45,127 nucleotides of DNA from Candidatus Bathyarchaeia archaeon (GCA_049512075.1 JBEKXL010000019.1:1-45127), one strand, 5' to 3'; counted from the stretch's first letter, positions 1 to 9,113 are shown. Numbers and translations: made by a program. The notes: a model not told the origin generated them from the letters alone.

Positions 1-1
1 A

Positions 2-305
2 GCGCGCTGGCTTGTCCCTAAAATGGTTAAAAATGGTTTTTATTCTTCTTTTGTCTTTTCGAGTTGGATATGGGCTTGTTTTCTGGGCAAATCTTGGCCG
101 CGCGCTAAGATGGCAAATCAACGGGTTCCAACAAATCCTGAAGGAAGTGGAGTTTTTCCATAACACGTTGAGGCTGCACCTAGCCCGTTTGGAACTTCAA
201 GGCACGCAAGAGGGCTAAAAACAGATGCACACCTCAAAACTGCCCCCAAACCCGAAAATAAGAATTATAGCCATTTTACACCAATTTCGGGACAAGGCAG
301 CGCGC
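2..305. mobile_element. MITE-like non-coding element bounded by imperfect ~46-bp terminal inverted repeats starting GCGCGC
   Basis: Left end GCGCGCTGGCTTGTCCCTAAAATGGTTAAAAATGGTTTTTATTCTT (2-47) vs reverse complement of right end GCGCGCTGCCTTGTCCCGAAATTGGTGTAAAATGGCTATAATTCTT (260-305): 38/46 identical by eye. No credible internal ORF; mobility is inferred only. Confidence 0.5.
226..305 (-). repeat. 80-bp GCGCGC-anchored dispersed repeat, copy A
   Basis: Ungapped match of 71/80 nt to 10394-10473. Confidence 0.9.
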
Positions 306-402
306 GCTTGAGCGTCTCACCGATGCAGTCTACAGCACGATACCGTGAACAGTACGCGCTTTCGGATTGTTTACGGGCTGATGGAAATGGAATGCCCAGG
401 TG

Positions 403-643
403 CTATTTACTCTCGAGTATCGACTTCAGGGCTGTCCAATCTTCGAGGCTGAGCACACGTTCAGTGAGCTTGAGGAAGCCTTGGAAAGCTTCAGGGGGCA
501 TGCTTGCCTGGCCCGCCCTAATCATTTCAACTCTTTCGTACAGGTTCATCGCAGGAAGCATCATCTCAAAATTCTCTCTAAGCTCATCGGGCTTTTGACT
601 GGCCATAATCATCTTGAATGTGGCGACCAACTCCTCGTTCGTA
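403..643 (-). pseudogene. 3' remnant of a hemerythrin (HHE)-domain-like protein, truncated at GCGCGC
   Basis: TNEELVATF...MMLPAMNLYERVEMIRAGQASMPPEAF...VLSLEDWTAL resembles the C-terminal tail of HHE proteins. The first ~16 codons of the ORF are read from the repeat element. Confidence 0.55.
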
Positions 644-1120
644 GCGCGCATGCGTGTTCCTAAAATGACTTTATGAAAGACGACCTGCATATATACTGCC
701 TGGGCTGGCTAGTCCGTCTTTGACCATGGTCTGTGCGACCGGTAAAATGACTGGACGTTGCCCGTGAGCTGCTAAAGTAGTGGGTTTCTCGCCCGGATGA
801 GTGATTGCAGCCTAATGCCAGCCTGAAAGAATGGAGGTCGAATGGAGAATCAGGGGAGGTGTGGCAAAAAGCTTAACTCTACTGCTTCGCATTGGATTGT
901 AGGTTGGCATTGGGTCGGCTTGGGGGCGCCAGGTTCGTGCAGCGTCTTTCATGAGTGGTCAAAAATGGTCATAATTCCATTTTGCAGGTTTCTGCCGCGT
1001 TCGAGGAAAACAAGTACCTATGAAGATCAAGGACAGATATGGAGCCCAAAACCCTGCCTAAACCATGAAACCCGGATAAAAACCATTTTAGGCCAATTTA
1101 GGAACAAGCATGCGCGCTAC
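641..1120. mobile_element. Second MITE-like element with ~27-bp terminal inverted repeats
   Basis: GTAGCGCGCATGCGTGTTCCTAAAATG (641-667) vs reverse complement of 1094-1120 GTAGCGCGCATGCTTGTTCCTAAATTG: 25/27. A partial internal copy of the repeat body lies at ~955-996. Confidence 0.5.
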
Positions 1121-1147
1121 TCATCTCGCTATATAGAAATCGGGAAT

Positions 1148-1314
1148 CTATTCATTTATTCGGTCAAAGGTAAACCTTTCAATATGCTTTTTCTTACCAT
1201 CTGATTTTTTGAGGTTCAAAGCCTGAATGAGTTTATCTTGTGCCTGTTTCTCTAAGCCATGTGCCTTCTGTTTCAGTTCCACAGCTTCTTTCTGATACTT
1301 CTCCATTTCTCCGA
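1148..1314 (-). pseudogene. 3' gene remnant (coiled-coil tail, reminiscent of restriction-modification S-subunit C-termini) truncated at (GC)5
   Basis: LGEMEKYQKEAVELKQKAHGLEKQAQDKLIQAL begins directly after GCGCGCGCGC at 1315-1324. Family assignment is tentative. Confidence 0.35.
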
Positions 1315-1422
1315 GCGCGCGCGCTTGATAGAACAGGCCACAAAACATGAGTCTACACTATTCGCAAATGTCGTTACTCAAGGCGACAAAACGAATGGAC
1401 AAACTATAGAGGTGATTGCGAA

Positions 1423-1596
1423 ATGAGAAAAATCTTGGTTTCTCTTCCAGATGGCGTTGTCGATCTGTTAGACAAAGAGGTTGTGGGCAAGGTCGGAGAA
1501 GGCTACTCCGATACTCTCAGAACTATAATTATGAATTGGCTTTCTGAGAAAGGTTATCTCACAAAAGGTGGAAAACATGAAAAAGACGGTTGTTAA
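1423..1596 (+). CDS. Ribbon-helix-helix (CopG/MetJ-like) DNA-binding protein, 57 aa (not in ORF track)
   Basis: Hand translation MRKILVSLPDGVVDLLDKEVVGKVGEGYSDTLRTIIMNWLSEKGYLTKGGKHEKDGC; beta strand KILVSLP followed by two helices; GAGGTGA RBS upstream. Confidence 0.8.
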   Translation: MRKILVSLPDGVVDLLDKEVVGKVGEGYSDTLRTIIMNWLSEKGYLTKGGKHEKDGC

Positions 1597-1726
1597 GCGA
1601 GAACTTGCAGAAGAAATCGACCTATTGGACACCGAACTTTCAAGTCTCGTAGAACTGCTTGAAGAAAAAGGCATAGTAACTCAAGCCGAGTGGGAAAAGC
1701 GAATCAAACAAAGAACAAAAGTGTAA
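1577..1726 (+). CDS. Small helical protein, 49 aa, overlapping the RHH gene (not in ORF track)
   Basis: MKKTVVKRELAEEIDLLDTELSSLVELLEEKGIVTQAEWEKRIKQRTKV; LLEEKGIVTQAEW resembles a SHOCT-like motif; AGGTGG RBS. Confidence 0.75.
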   Translation: MKKTVVKRELAEEIDLLDTELSSLVELLEEKGIVTQAEWEKRIKQRTKV

Positions 1727-1738
1727 GTTTTCAAGAGA

Positions 1739-2308
1739 TCAAACAATAGGTCGTATACCTATCTCCGCCAACTTTTTCTCAAGTTCTTTGGGTTGTGCTG
1801 CGGGAATTAGATTAGTATCGTTCACCATCTTTACGAGTTCAGAATCTCTTGTAATGAAAATATTGCAGTTGTTACCTATCGCCGCATCAAGCTGAAAAGC
1901 GTCACCAACTGAGAAATTGCTCTTCTTCAATAATTGCAAAATCGAGTCCCAACCTTCATTTGTGGGTACCATCAAGGTGATGATGTCGGTATCTACGAAG
2001 GGTTTTAGGAATTTATCTTCAACTTCATTATAAACCTCAAGCAAATCAGCTTCTGACAGCTTTCTTGGATAGCGATGGCGAAGAAAATCATCAAGAGTTT
2101 CACCCTTTTGAACCCTTTTCCATATCCACTTATTCTCTTGCTCTCTATCCATTAATTCCAAAGCTGTGTAGTACGTTGTCCAGCATCGAATCTTCTTACG
2201 CTTTATTGTTTCTAACAATAACATGGAATCATGGTCTCGATTTCGAACATAATCCAATATTACGTTTGTATCAATATAGGGACGAGGCTTCTTTCTTCGT
2301 GGCGTCAT
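1739..2308 (-). CDS. PIN-domain (VapC-like) ribonuclease
   Basis: YIDTNVILD, conserved E, GDAFQL and FITRD PIN motifs. Confidence 0.85.
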   Translation of the reverse strand: MTPRRKKPRPYIDTNVILDYVRNRDHDSMLLLETIKRKKIRCWTTYYTALELMDREQENKWIWKRVQKGETLDDFLRHRYPRKLSEADLLEVYNEVEDKFLKPFVDTDIITLMVPTNEGWDSILQLLKKSNFSVGDAFQLDAAIGNNCNIFITRDSELVKMVNDTNLIPAAQPKELEKKLAEIGIRPIV

Positions 2309-2318
2309 TCTGTATCAC

Positions 2319-2372
2319 TTAGCGTTTCGGCTTATGTTTTCTATACTTCGGCTTCTTCTTTTTGGGTGACAC
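2319..2372 (-). CDS. Putative 17-aa highly basic peptide upstream of the PIN gene
   Basis: GTG start, MSPKKKKPKYRKHKPKR*, GAGG upstream; stop is 10 nt before the PIN start. Confidence 0.35.
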   Translation of the reverse strand: MSPKKKKPKYRKHKPKR

Positions 2373-2467
2373 AGTTTCAGCCTCTTCGCTAGAACCAGTT
2401 ATATCCTACACCTCCTCACTATATAAATTCTCGAAAACTTAGCGCGCGCGCTTGAACCACTAGAAAG

Positions 2468-3025
2468 ATGGATGAAAAGAGCGTGTCACCATCTGTAAAA
2501 AAACGTAAGCGTGGGCGTAAGGTGCCAGAAGGCAGGGTTGTTATTGGAAAGAACGTTCCGTTCCATTGGGGAAAAAGCGAAACAGTGGCATGGGAAGTTC
2601 ATGGCGAAAACATAGGCATGATTGAAAGCTATAAGACAAGGAAAGAAGCCTGCCTAATGTTTCCATACCTCAAGAAAGTAAACACCTATCAGACTCCCAC
2701 AAAAATCTGTCCACTACTCAAGTCCGAAGGAGCAATAATGAATCCCTACGTTGTAGACTGGAACAACTGCTTCGTCCCAAAAGAAGAAGACATGAAAACA
2801 CCTAACAAAATGGTTTGGGCAGTTAAAGGCTGGAGTCAAGAAAAAGGCAGGTGGATAACCTGTGCACACCTGCAAAGCCAAGAGACAAACCCATCTGAAC
2901 TGCGAAAGACAGCAAACAATGACCCAAAAACCATGGCCAAAGCAGACAAACTAAACCTTATGAAATCAGAACTGCCCGAACTGAAATACTGGTTTACCTT
3001 TGAACTTGAAGAATACGAGGAATAG
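2468..3025 (+). CDS. Hypothetical protein (accessory, basic N-terminus)
   Basis: 185-aa ORF coupled to the next ORF; start could be the GTG at 2483. Confidence 0.7.
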   Translation: MDEKSVSPSVKKRKRGRKVPEGRVVIGKNVPFHWGKSETVAWEVHGENIGMIESYKTRKEACLMFPYLKKVNTYQTPTKICPLLKSEGAIMNPYVVDWNNCFVPKEEDMKTPNKMVWAVKGWSQEKGRWITCAHLQSQETNPSELRKTANNDPKTMAKADKLNLMKSELPELKYWFTFELEEYEE

Positions 3026-3027
3026 CT

Positions 3028-3306
3028 ATGAAACCACAACCAAAACGATCACAAGTCAGACTTTCTGAGGAGTTTGTTGGAGATGGTGACAGAGCCTTGC
3101 GGATAAAAGGATGCGAGTTCCCGCTGATATTTCTGTCAAACAGATTCGTAGATTTGGGATGGGATGGGTATCTGATTAGAAACTTGAAAGAATATCAGAA
3201 ATGTCTGTTCAACGATGAATTTACTTCGCTAGCACCAACTTTCAATGTTGAAAGTCTGATGAAAGCAAAAGAAATGTCAAAGAAGTTGCTCACCAAAGAG
3301 ACATAG
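3028..3306 (+). CDS. Hypothetical protein
   Basis: 92-aa ORF 2 nt after the previous stop; GAGGA RBS. Confidence 0.65.
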   Translation: MKPQPKRSQVRLSEEFVGDGDRALRIKGCEFPLIFLSNRFVDLGWDGYLIRNLKEYQKCLFNDEFTSLAPTFNVESLMKAKEMSKKLLTKET

Positions 3307-3599
3307 AAGGAAGAATAGTCACCCTCAATTTCTGATTTTGCGTACAAGCTATGGCTGAACTGAGATTCCTTTTTTGTTTTTCTGTTCCATGCTTTCGACT
3401 ATTGAGCTACCCAGATTTTGCGGAAAAGTAGCAGAGAAGTAGCGGCATTTTTTCAGTCTTATGCTATTTTGGTGATATATGAAAAATCCAAAAATCTAGA
3501 TTGTCCGTTAACTAAGGAGAATGGGAAGTCTCAGGGTCTTTCGGTGAGCATTGTTGCCAACCCCAAATCAAGAATTGTTTAAGAGCATTTATGATTTCA

Positions 3600-3821
3600 C
3601 TATTCCTTGACCATTATGACGTGCACATAGCAATCATATGCGGTCATACAAACGGGTTTATAGCCTTTCAGAGCGAGTTTATTTATTACTTGGGGTAATT
3701 TCGGGAGTTTTCCATAATCCATTGGACTTTCGGACACAATAATGTATCGTTCTGTGACCTCATTTAACCATGAATCGTCTCTTGAGCTATAATCATTGAT
3801 TATGTAATTTCCTTCTGCCAT
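3600..3821 (-). CDS. Small hypothetical protein
   Basis: GAGGTGA RBS before MAEGNY; ends INKLALKGYKPV...HVIMVKE. Confidence 0.65.
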   Translation of the reverse strand: MAEGNYIINDYSSRDDSWLNEVTERYIIVSESPMDYGKLPKLPQVINKLALKGYKPVCMTAYDCYVHVIMVKE

Positions 3822-4448
3822 GTCAATCACCTCTTATCATAACACTTTTTATCCCAGTCGTATGTATGTGCCTTCAAACGAACCCATAAAAGTGAAAACC
3901 TCTTTAACTTCTGTGGTTGCTCCAATTTTTGATATCCAGATAATCTTATAGTTTATGAATCACAGATAAGAATCGAAGGTTTCGTTCCATGACCTGATAT
4001 ACGAAAGAATAGGCGGGGTATGGCTTAGAATTGGTGATAGGTAGAAGGAGCTACTATCATAGGTTCAAGTCAGTTTGTCTAGTTGATTCTAGCGTTTTTC
4101 TGTTCTACGCTTTCAACATATTCTTTTTAAGCCAGTTTGACCGTATTTCTCATTAGAAGAAGTCGGTCATGTGAAGACGGACTTCGGGAGATATCTCCAC
4201 TTTAGACCTTGAGACCTTAGCAAGTTTTCTGACATAGGTGCGATTTTTCATTTAATCTTACGGAGGATTCCCTCTATTCCATGTCTGCTAATGCGCGCCT
4301 AGTCGACATGCTAAAAGCAGTGAGAGGACGGAGCACATCTTACGTCTTGCAAAACTGAGAATGGAACTTTGAACGACCAGTCATCAATGTGACTCTTCAC
4401 CCACACGGAGAAAGTTAATAAGAGAAGAATTCAATTTTGAACGTGAAG

Positions 4449-4646
4449 ATGAAGCGTAGAATGAATAGTCGAACAGTTCGAGAGTTCCTGTCGTTTGCGC
4501 TCATGGCAGGGTTCTTCTTCGTAGTTTTCTACCTTAACATCGGTCTTCAATACAAGATATTCATGGCTGTCTTGGTCTTCGCAATGGTCTTTCTTCTTGG
4601 ATTCGCCGATGAGGCTGTCAAACAAATAGAAAACAGGAAATTCTGA
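4449..4646 (+). CDS. Small two-TM membrane protein
   Basis: Two hydrophobic segments with basic flanks. Confidence 0.7.
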   Translation: MKRRMNSRTVREFLSFALMAGFFFVVFYLNIGLQYKIFMAVLVFAMVFLLGFADEAVKQIENRKF

Positions 4647-4807
4647 AACACGAGCAGACACGGTGGATGATAACGCAGGGCTAGGAGGTTCTGCAATCGC
4701 GCGGTTTAAATTTGCTCATAGGTTTTTAGGCCACTCCACAACTGACATGTTGGCGAGCAGTCTTGTCACTGCGGCAAGCTGTCTCGACTGAAGAGGTGCA
4801 ATTTCAA

Positions 4808-5497
4808 ATGGAAATTGTTGAGGGCATACACAAGGTGGACGGGGTTAACGCGAACGTCTATCTGATAATCGACGGAGGAGAGCTGGCCGTCGTCGACACT
4901 GGAATGCCGAAAAACGCTGAGAAGATCCTTGATTACGTTCAGAGGATAAGCCAGCAGTCTTCAAACATCTCGCGGATACTCTTAACCCATTGCCACGTAG
5001 ACCATGTTGGAAGTGCCTTTGAACTCAAGCGGCTCACGAACGCGAAGGTTGGAGTTCACGAGGAAGACGCGGACTTTGTATCTGGGAAGAAGACACTTCC
5101 AAGCCCAAAGGGTTTCACGGGCGTTCTCTTCAAGGCCATGTCACCGTTTTTCAAGTTCAAGCCAGTCGAGCCGGACACGATACTCCAAGAAAACGACAAG
5201 GTTGGCAGACTCACAGTCATTCACACGCCCGGACATACGCCTGGAAGCGTTTCTCTATATGACCCAGAGAGAAAGGTGCTGTTCGTGGGCGACACCATCA
5301 GGTTTGCCAATGGAAAGATAAGTGGCCCACAGGAACGGTTCACGTTAGACATGCAGCAGGCATTACAGTCGGTCAAAAAGATTTCACGCTTAGACTTCGA
5401 TTTGATGCTAAGCGGTCACGGTGATCCCCTGAAACCTAACGCGTCGGAGAAGGTCAAGGAACTCTCTGACTCCTTGGAAGGAAAACTTTGCGCCTAG
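4808..5497 (+). CDS. MBL-fold metallo-hydrolase (glyoxalase II-like)
   Basis: VDTG, THCHVDH, HTPGHTPG, GD and SGHG motifs; probable start MEIVEG. Confidence 0.92.
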   Translation: MEIVEGIHKVDGVNANVYLIIDGGELAVVDTGMPKNAEKILDYVQRISQQSSNISRILLTHCHVDHVGSAFELKRLTNAKVGVHEEDADFVSGKKTLPSPKGFTGVLFKAMSPFFKFKPVEPDTILQENDKVGRLTVIHTPGHTPGSVSLYDPERKVLFVGDTIRFANGKISGPQERFTLDMQQALQSVKKISRLDFDLMLSGHGDPLKPNASEKVKELSDSLEGKLCA

Positions 5498-5557
5498 CAA
5501 CCTTGCAGAAAAGTGTAGGAAGCACTCGCCTGACAAACTGAACATTCTGAAAACGAG

Positions 5558-6811
5558 TTAATCCTTCATCACTACAAAGGCGTAGGCTGCAAGAATTGGC
5601 ATTATGCTGACAGAGGATATGAAGGCATAAACTGGTGAAAAAGTGTACAAGTAACCTCCCAGATAGGGCCCCGCGAAGGATGCTACTAGGCCGAAAGTCT
5701 GGGGGATTGAAACCCAAAGCCCTCTTTTTGCTTTAGGCGCGATTGTGCCGACGAAAGAGTAGACTAACTGAGATGTAATGGCTGAGCCGCCCAAGAGAAA
5801 CGCAAAGAACATGAGTGTCGGGATTTCCCTGAACAGGAGGAGAGGAATTATTGAAGCAAAATAAAGTAAGAGGCAGACGCCCATAGCTATTGATTTCCTC
5901 CACTTATCGCTTGCGCGGCCCATGGCCACCCCTATGAAAGTTATTCCTGCATAGTTGATCGAACCGAACAGTCCGATTTGCACTTCATTCATTTTGATGC
6001 TTTCGTTTAGAAACGTCTGGACGAAGGGCCTTCCGATGCCTATGAAGAAAGATGAAAATGCCAGAAATATTGACCAAACAAGGATCTTTCGCCAGAGCCC
6101 CTTTTCTTCGGGCGCGTGCAAAGCAAGAATCATCCTTTGCCAGAGTCCCTTCTTCCGAGGTGCATGAGCAGATTCGTTTTCCTCTGTTGTCTCCTCTTTT
6201 CGAGGATGCTGGTCGTGAAGAAAGAAGAAAACGCCGGTTGCGACCGCGGAAAGAACTGTTGAAATGCGGAGAACCCACTGCATCCCCATAATCGTTGCTA
6301 GGTAGCCGCCGATTCCGGGGGCGAAAATGTAGCTGAAGGAGTAACTAGCCCAAACAATCGCGAGGACCGAGGCCAACTTCGTCTTGTCGCTCACACACGT
6401 GATGACGTAAGCAGTTACGGCTGGAAGACCAATCATAGACAGCCCCCAACAGAAAGTCCCAGGAATCAGTTGCACCCAGTTGCCAGCGAAAGAATAGATA
6501 AGAGGTGCGAATACCCACGGCGTCCAAGACAGTATCAATATCTTTTTGCGATCAAAACGGTCGGCCAGCAAACCTCCGAACAGTGGGACCAGAGCTGCAA
6601 ATCCCATCAAAGTGGACAGAACCAGGCCGAGTTGCACGTAGTCGGCGCCCAAAGATCTGATGTACAGGGGAAAAAACCAGAAATACAATCCCTCACCAAA
6701 AGCGCCCACCACGTTGGAGAGGCAAATCAACAGAACGTCCCGTGTCAGACCTTCAGAAGGAAAAGCATAGGACAGAAGACGCTTGTAATCTGCCATTTGA
6801 ACAATCGCCAT
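5558..6811 (-). CDS. MFS transporter
   Basis: About 12 hydrophobic segments; GLLADRFDRK and GRASDKWRK motif A copies; start uncertain. Confidence 0.92.
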   Translation of the reverse strand: MAIVQMADYKRLLSYAFPSEGLTRDVLLICLSNVVGAFGEGLYFWFFPLYIRSLGADYVQLGLVLSTLMGFAALVPLFGGLLADRFDRKKILILSWTPWVFAPLIYSFAGNWVQLIPGTFCWGLSMIGLPAVTAYVITCVSDKTKLASVLAIVWASYSFSYIFAPGIGGYLATIMGMQWVLRISTVLSAVATGVFFFLHDQHPRKEETTEENESAHAPRKKGLWQRMILALHAPEEKGLWRKILVWSIFLAFSSFFIGIGRPFVQTFLNESIKMNEVQIGLFGSINYAGITFIGVAMGRASDKWRKSIAMGVCLLLYFASIIPLLLFREIPTLMFFAFLLGGSAITSQLVYSFVGTIAPKAKRGLWVSIPQTFGLVASFAGPYLGGYLYTFSPVYAFISSVSIMPILAAYAFVVMKD

Positions 6812-6944
6812 CTGAGCATTTGACTGTTGAAGACTTACATAGAAAATCAAGGGAAGGCTTTATGCTTTCTCAATCCGACTTGGTGCGCGCCTTGATGTGC
6901 GCTCAGTATTTATGAGAGTCATGCCCTTCAGGAGGTTGAGGATC

Positions 6945-7829
6945 ATGATGAAAGGTTTGACTTTCTATTTGGTCGACGTGTTTGCTGAAGAAAAATACGC
7001 TGGAAATCAACTTGCCGTGGTCAGAAATGCCGGTGCACTCTCCAGCGCCCATATGCAAAGAATCGCAAATGAAATGCACTTTTCTGAAACAGCCTTCATC
7101 CTTTCAGACGCGAAGCGAAATGGCGGATACGACGTTCGCATCTTCACGCCCGCAAGGGAAATGCCTTTCGCTGGACACCCAACCTTAGGCACTGCTTACG
7201 TGATAAGACACAGTTTAGTCAACGAAAACATCAACAAGGTAGTGCTTAACCTAAAAGTGGGGCAGATACCCGTTACTTTCGAAAAAGAGGAAAACCAAGA
7301 GGTACTATGGATGAAACAGATACCGCCGATCTTCGGTGAGACCTTTGATGCCGCAAACATCTCGCAGATGTTGAACCTTAGCCTCGAAGAGATCGACAAC
7401 AACTATCCTATTCAAGAAGTGTCCACAGGCGTTCCTTTCGTCATAGTTCCCCTGAAAACCCTCGACGCAGTAAAACGGGTCAGAATAGACAAGGACAAAC
7501 ACCTTGCACTGGCAAAAGAAACACAAGCAGAAACTCTTGTTTTCTGTCCTGAAACTTACAAAAAAGAAAACAATCTGAACGTACGAGTCTTTGTGGACTT
7601 GCACGGGATTCCCGAGGATCCGGCGGCCGGCTCAGCCAACGGCTGTTTGGCGGCTTACCTTTCCAGATACCGCTATTTTGGCGATGACTCAGTTAGTGCC
7701 AGAGTGGAGCAAGGCTACGAAATAGGCAGGCCCTCTTTACTGCATATCAAAGCGGAAAACAGAGAAGGAGAAATACATGTTTGCGTAGGAGGAAAGGTAG
7801 TGATGGTCGCCAACGGAGAACTCACCTGA
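6945..7829 (+). CDS. PhzF family isomerase/epimerase
   Basis: VDVFAE..YAGNQLAV, SETAF, RIFTP..EMPFAGHPTLG, EDPAAGSA, EQGYEIGRPS. Confidence 0.93.
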   Translation: MMKGLTFYLVDVFAEEKYAGNQLAVVRNAGALSSAHMQRIANEMHFSETAFILSDAKRNGGYDVRIFTPAREMPFAGHPTLGTAYVIRHSLVNENINKVVLNLKVGQIPVTFEKEENQEVLWMKQIPPIFGETFDAANISQMLNLSLEEIDNNYPIQEVSTGVPFVIVPLKTLDAVKRVRIDKDKHLALAKETQAETLVFCPETYKKENNLNVRVFVDLHGIPEDPAAGSANGCLAAYLSRYRYFGDDSVSARVEQGYEIGRPSLLHIKAENREGEIHVCVGGKVVMVANGELT

Positions 7830-7900
7830 TCCAAGAGCAACGCAAGACTCACAAATGCTTGTCCACATCAGGCGTGCATGCAGCTCCGGCGTGAGTGCAG

Positions 7901-7993
7901 TTACCGCGTGCGTTTCTTAACAAACCACTCCGCATCGGGCTTTCTAGCCCGAATTGGTACTGTATCATGCTCAAACAGTGAAGTTTTCTTCAT
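7901..7993 (-). CDS. Putative 30-aa small protein
   Basis: MKKTSLFEHDTVPIRARKPDAEWFVKKRTR*; GGAGTGGAG RBS; AT-rich TATA-like tract at ~8060-8080. Confidence 0.45.
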   Translation of the reverse strand: MKKTSLFEHDTVPIRARKPDAEWFVKKRTR

Positions 7994-8180
7994 CTTCTCT
8001 CCACTCCCTGAAGAGAGAGAAACGACGGATTATGCTCAAGTGCTTTTTCAAAATAGAAACTATATTCTATATATTCTATAGAGGTTTCAGCACCGCCCAG
8101 GCTGGTGTTGCTATCACATCTGGCTTCCACATTATACCTAATGGGCACAAGATTTGCACGGTGCAGGAGCGAGTGAGAAA

Positions 8181-8822
8181 CTAGGTTTCAGGAGTTTTGT
8201 CGACGATTTCGTCTTTCTTGGTTTCGGTCTCTTTGCTTCCAGCTATTGAAATGACAACCTCGACTGCTATGATAATAATTATCAGAGCCAATATCAAGTA
8301 CACGCCCGACTGATCGCGCATAAAAAGTGCAAGATGCCCTATCCAAGGGATTCGAAGAATGACTTTACCGACCACAAGGCTGGCCGGTACTAGCCCACCT
8401 GGCGGCGGCCCGGGTGCGTTGTTCGCATCTCCTTGAGTGATAAAAACGATTTGGCCGTCTACCGTTGTTTCTCCGATTGCCCTGTGAACTATTAATTCGT
8501 CGCTCCCTGGACTCTTATGGAAAACGAGGATGTCGCCGACGGGGTATGGCCCTGGGTGGATGTCTGAGGCGTTTACTCCTTGAATTATGATCAAATCTCC
8601 CGTGTGAAGTGTTCGGGCAAACGGGTGGGACCATCCGTCGCACTGATTCGGCTGCACGAGGCACATGCTTCCTGAAGCGACAGCTAACATTGGATAGTTA
8701 GTGTTAAGCGCGAATCTCAGGCCAAACCAGAAGCCAAACACCACTACAACAATCAAAACAATCATTATCGCTGTCTGGAAATACTCGTTTTTCCACAACC
8801 GTCTAAGTCTCGAAGTTGTCAA
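8181..8822 (-). CDS. sec11: Archaeal signal peptidase I (Sec11-type, S26B)
   Basis: N-terminal TM, VASGSM, GDL, IVHR, TQGDAN, VGKV..RIPWIG, C-terminal TM. Confidence 0.92.
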   Translation of the reverse strand: MTTSRLRRLWKNEYFQTAIMIVLIVVVVFGFWFGLRFALNTNYPMLAVASGSMCLVQPNQCDGWSHPFARTLHTGDLIIIQGVNASDIHPGPYPVGDILVFHKSPGSDELIVHRAIGETTVDGQIVFITQGDANNAPGPPPGGLVPASLVVGKVILRIPWIGHLALFMRDQSGVYLILALIIIIIAVEVVISIAGSKETETKKDEIVDKTPET

Positions 8823-8942
8823 TGGCTTGCCTTCTCTTCGTAAACGCTTTGGGTGAGTTAGTGGTAGGCGACTTTAAAACCTAGCGCTTCAAAGATGAAA
8901 AAGAGGGGGAGGTCGCGTCCTAAGGTGAGCAGCGCGTCGGTT

Positions 8943-9113
8943 TTAGATCTTCCTCTTGCTTAGCACTTCACGGAATTGCTTGTGACACTTCGGGCATTCG
9001 TAAAGCCCAATCTCAAGCTCCGTTCTCTTTCCTGACTTGTCAGGGCGACCTGCCATTTTCCACGACTTCTTTGGCTTTGAAACTTCGGTTCCACATTTTG
9101 GACATTTAGGCAA
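8943..9113 (-). CDS. Cren7-like chromatin protein with zinc-ribbon cysteines
   Basis: P-K-K-S-W and IGLYECPKCHKQFR correspond to Cren7 PEKVW and IGLFKDPETGKYFR; two CPKC motifs; GGAGG RBS before the TTG at 9113. Confidence 0.75.
   Translation of the reverse strand: MPKCPKCGTEVSKPKKSWKMAGRPDKSGKRTELEIGLYECPKCHKQFREVLSKRKI

Noticed and set aside
194-207. 14-bp match ACTTCAAGGCACGC with ~39962-39975
   Set aside because: Several 14-mer matches are expected by chance in 45 kb on two strands, and this one does not extend.
1-1120. CRISPR array or classical integron attC array as explanation of the repeats
   Set aside because: Copies alternate in orientation, spacing is irregular, and I saw no attC-type core-site pairing, cas gene or integron integrase.
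12-1204. ORFs 12..218, 308..598, 400..663 and 842..1204
   Set aside because: They run through repeat DNA or antisense to a gene remnant and have no recognisable motifs.
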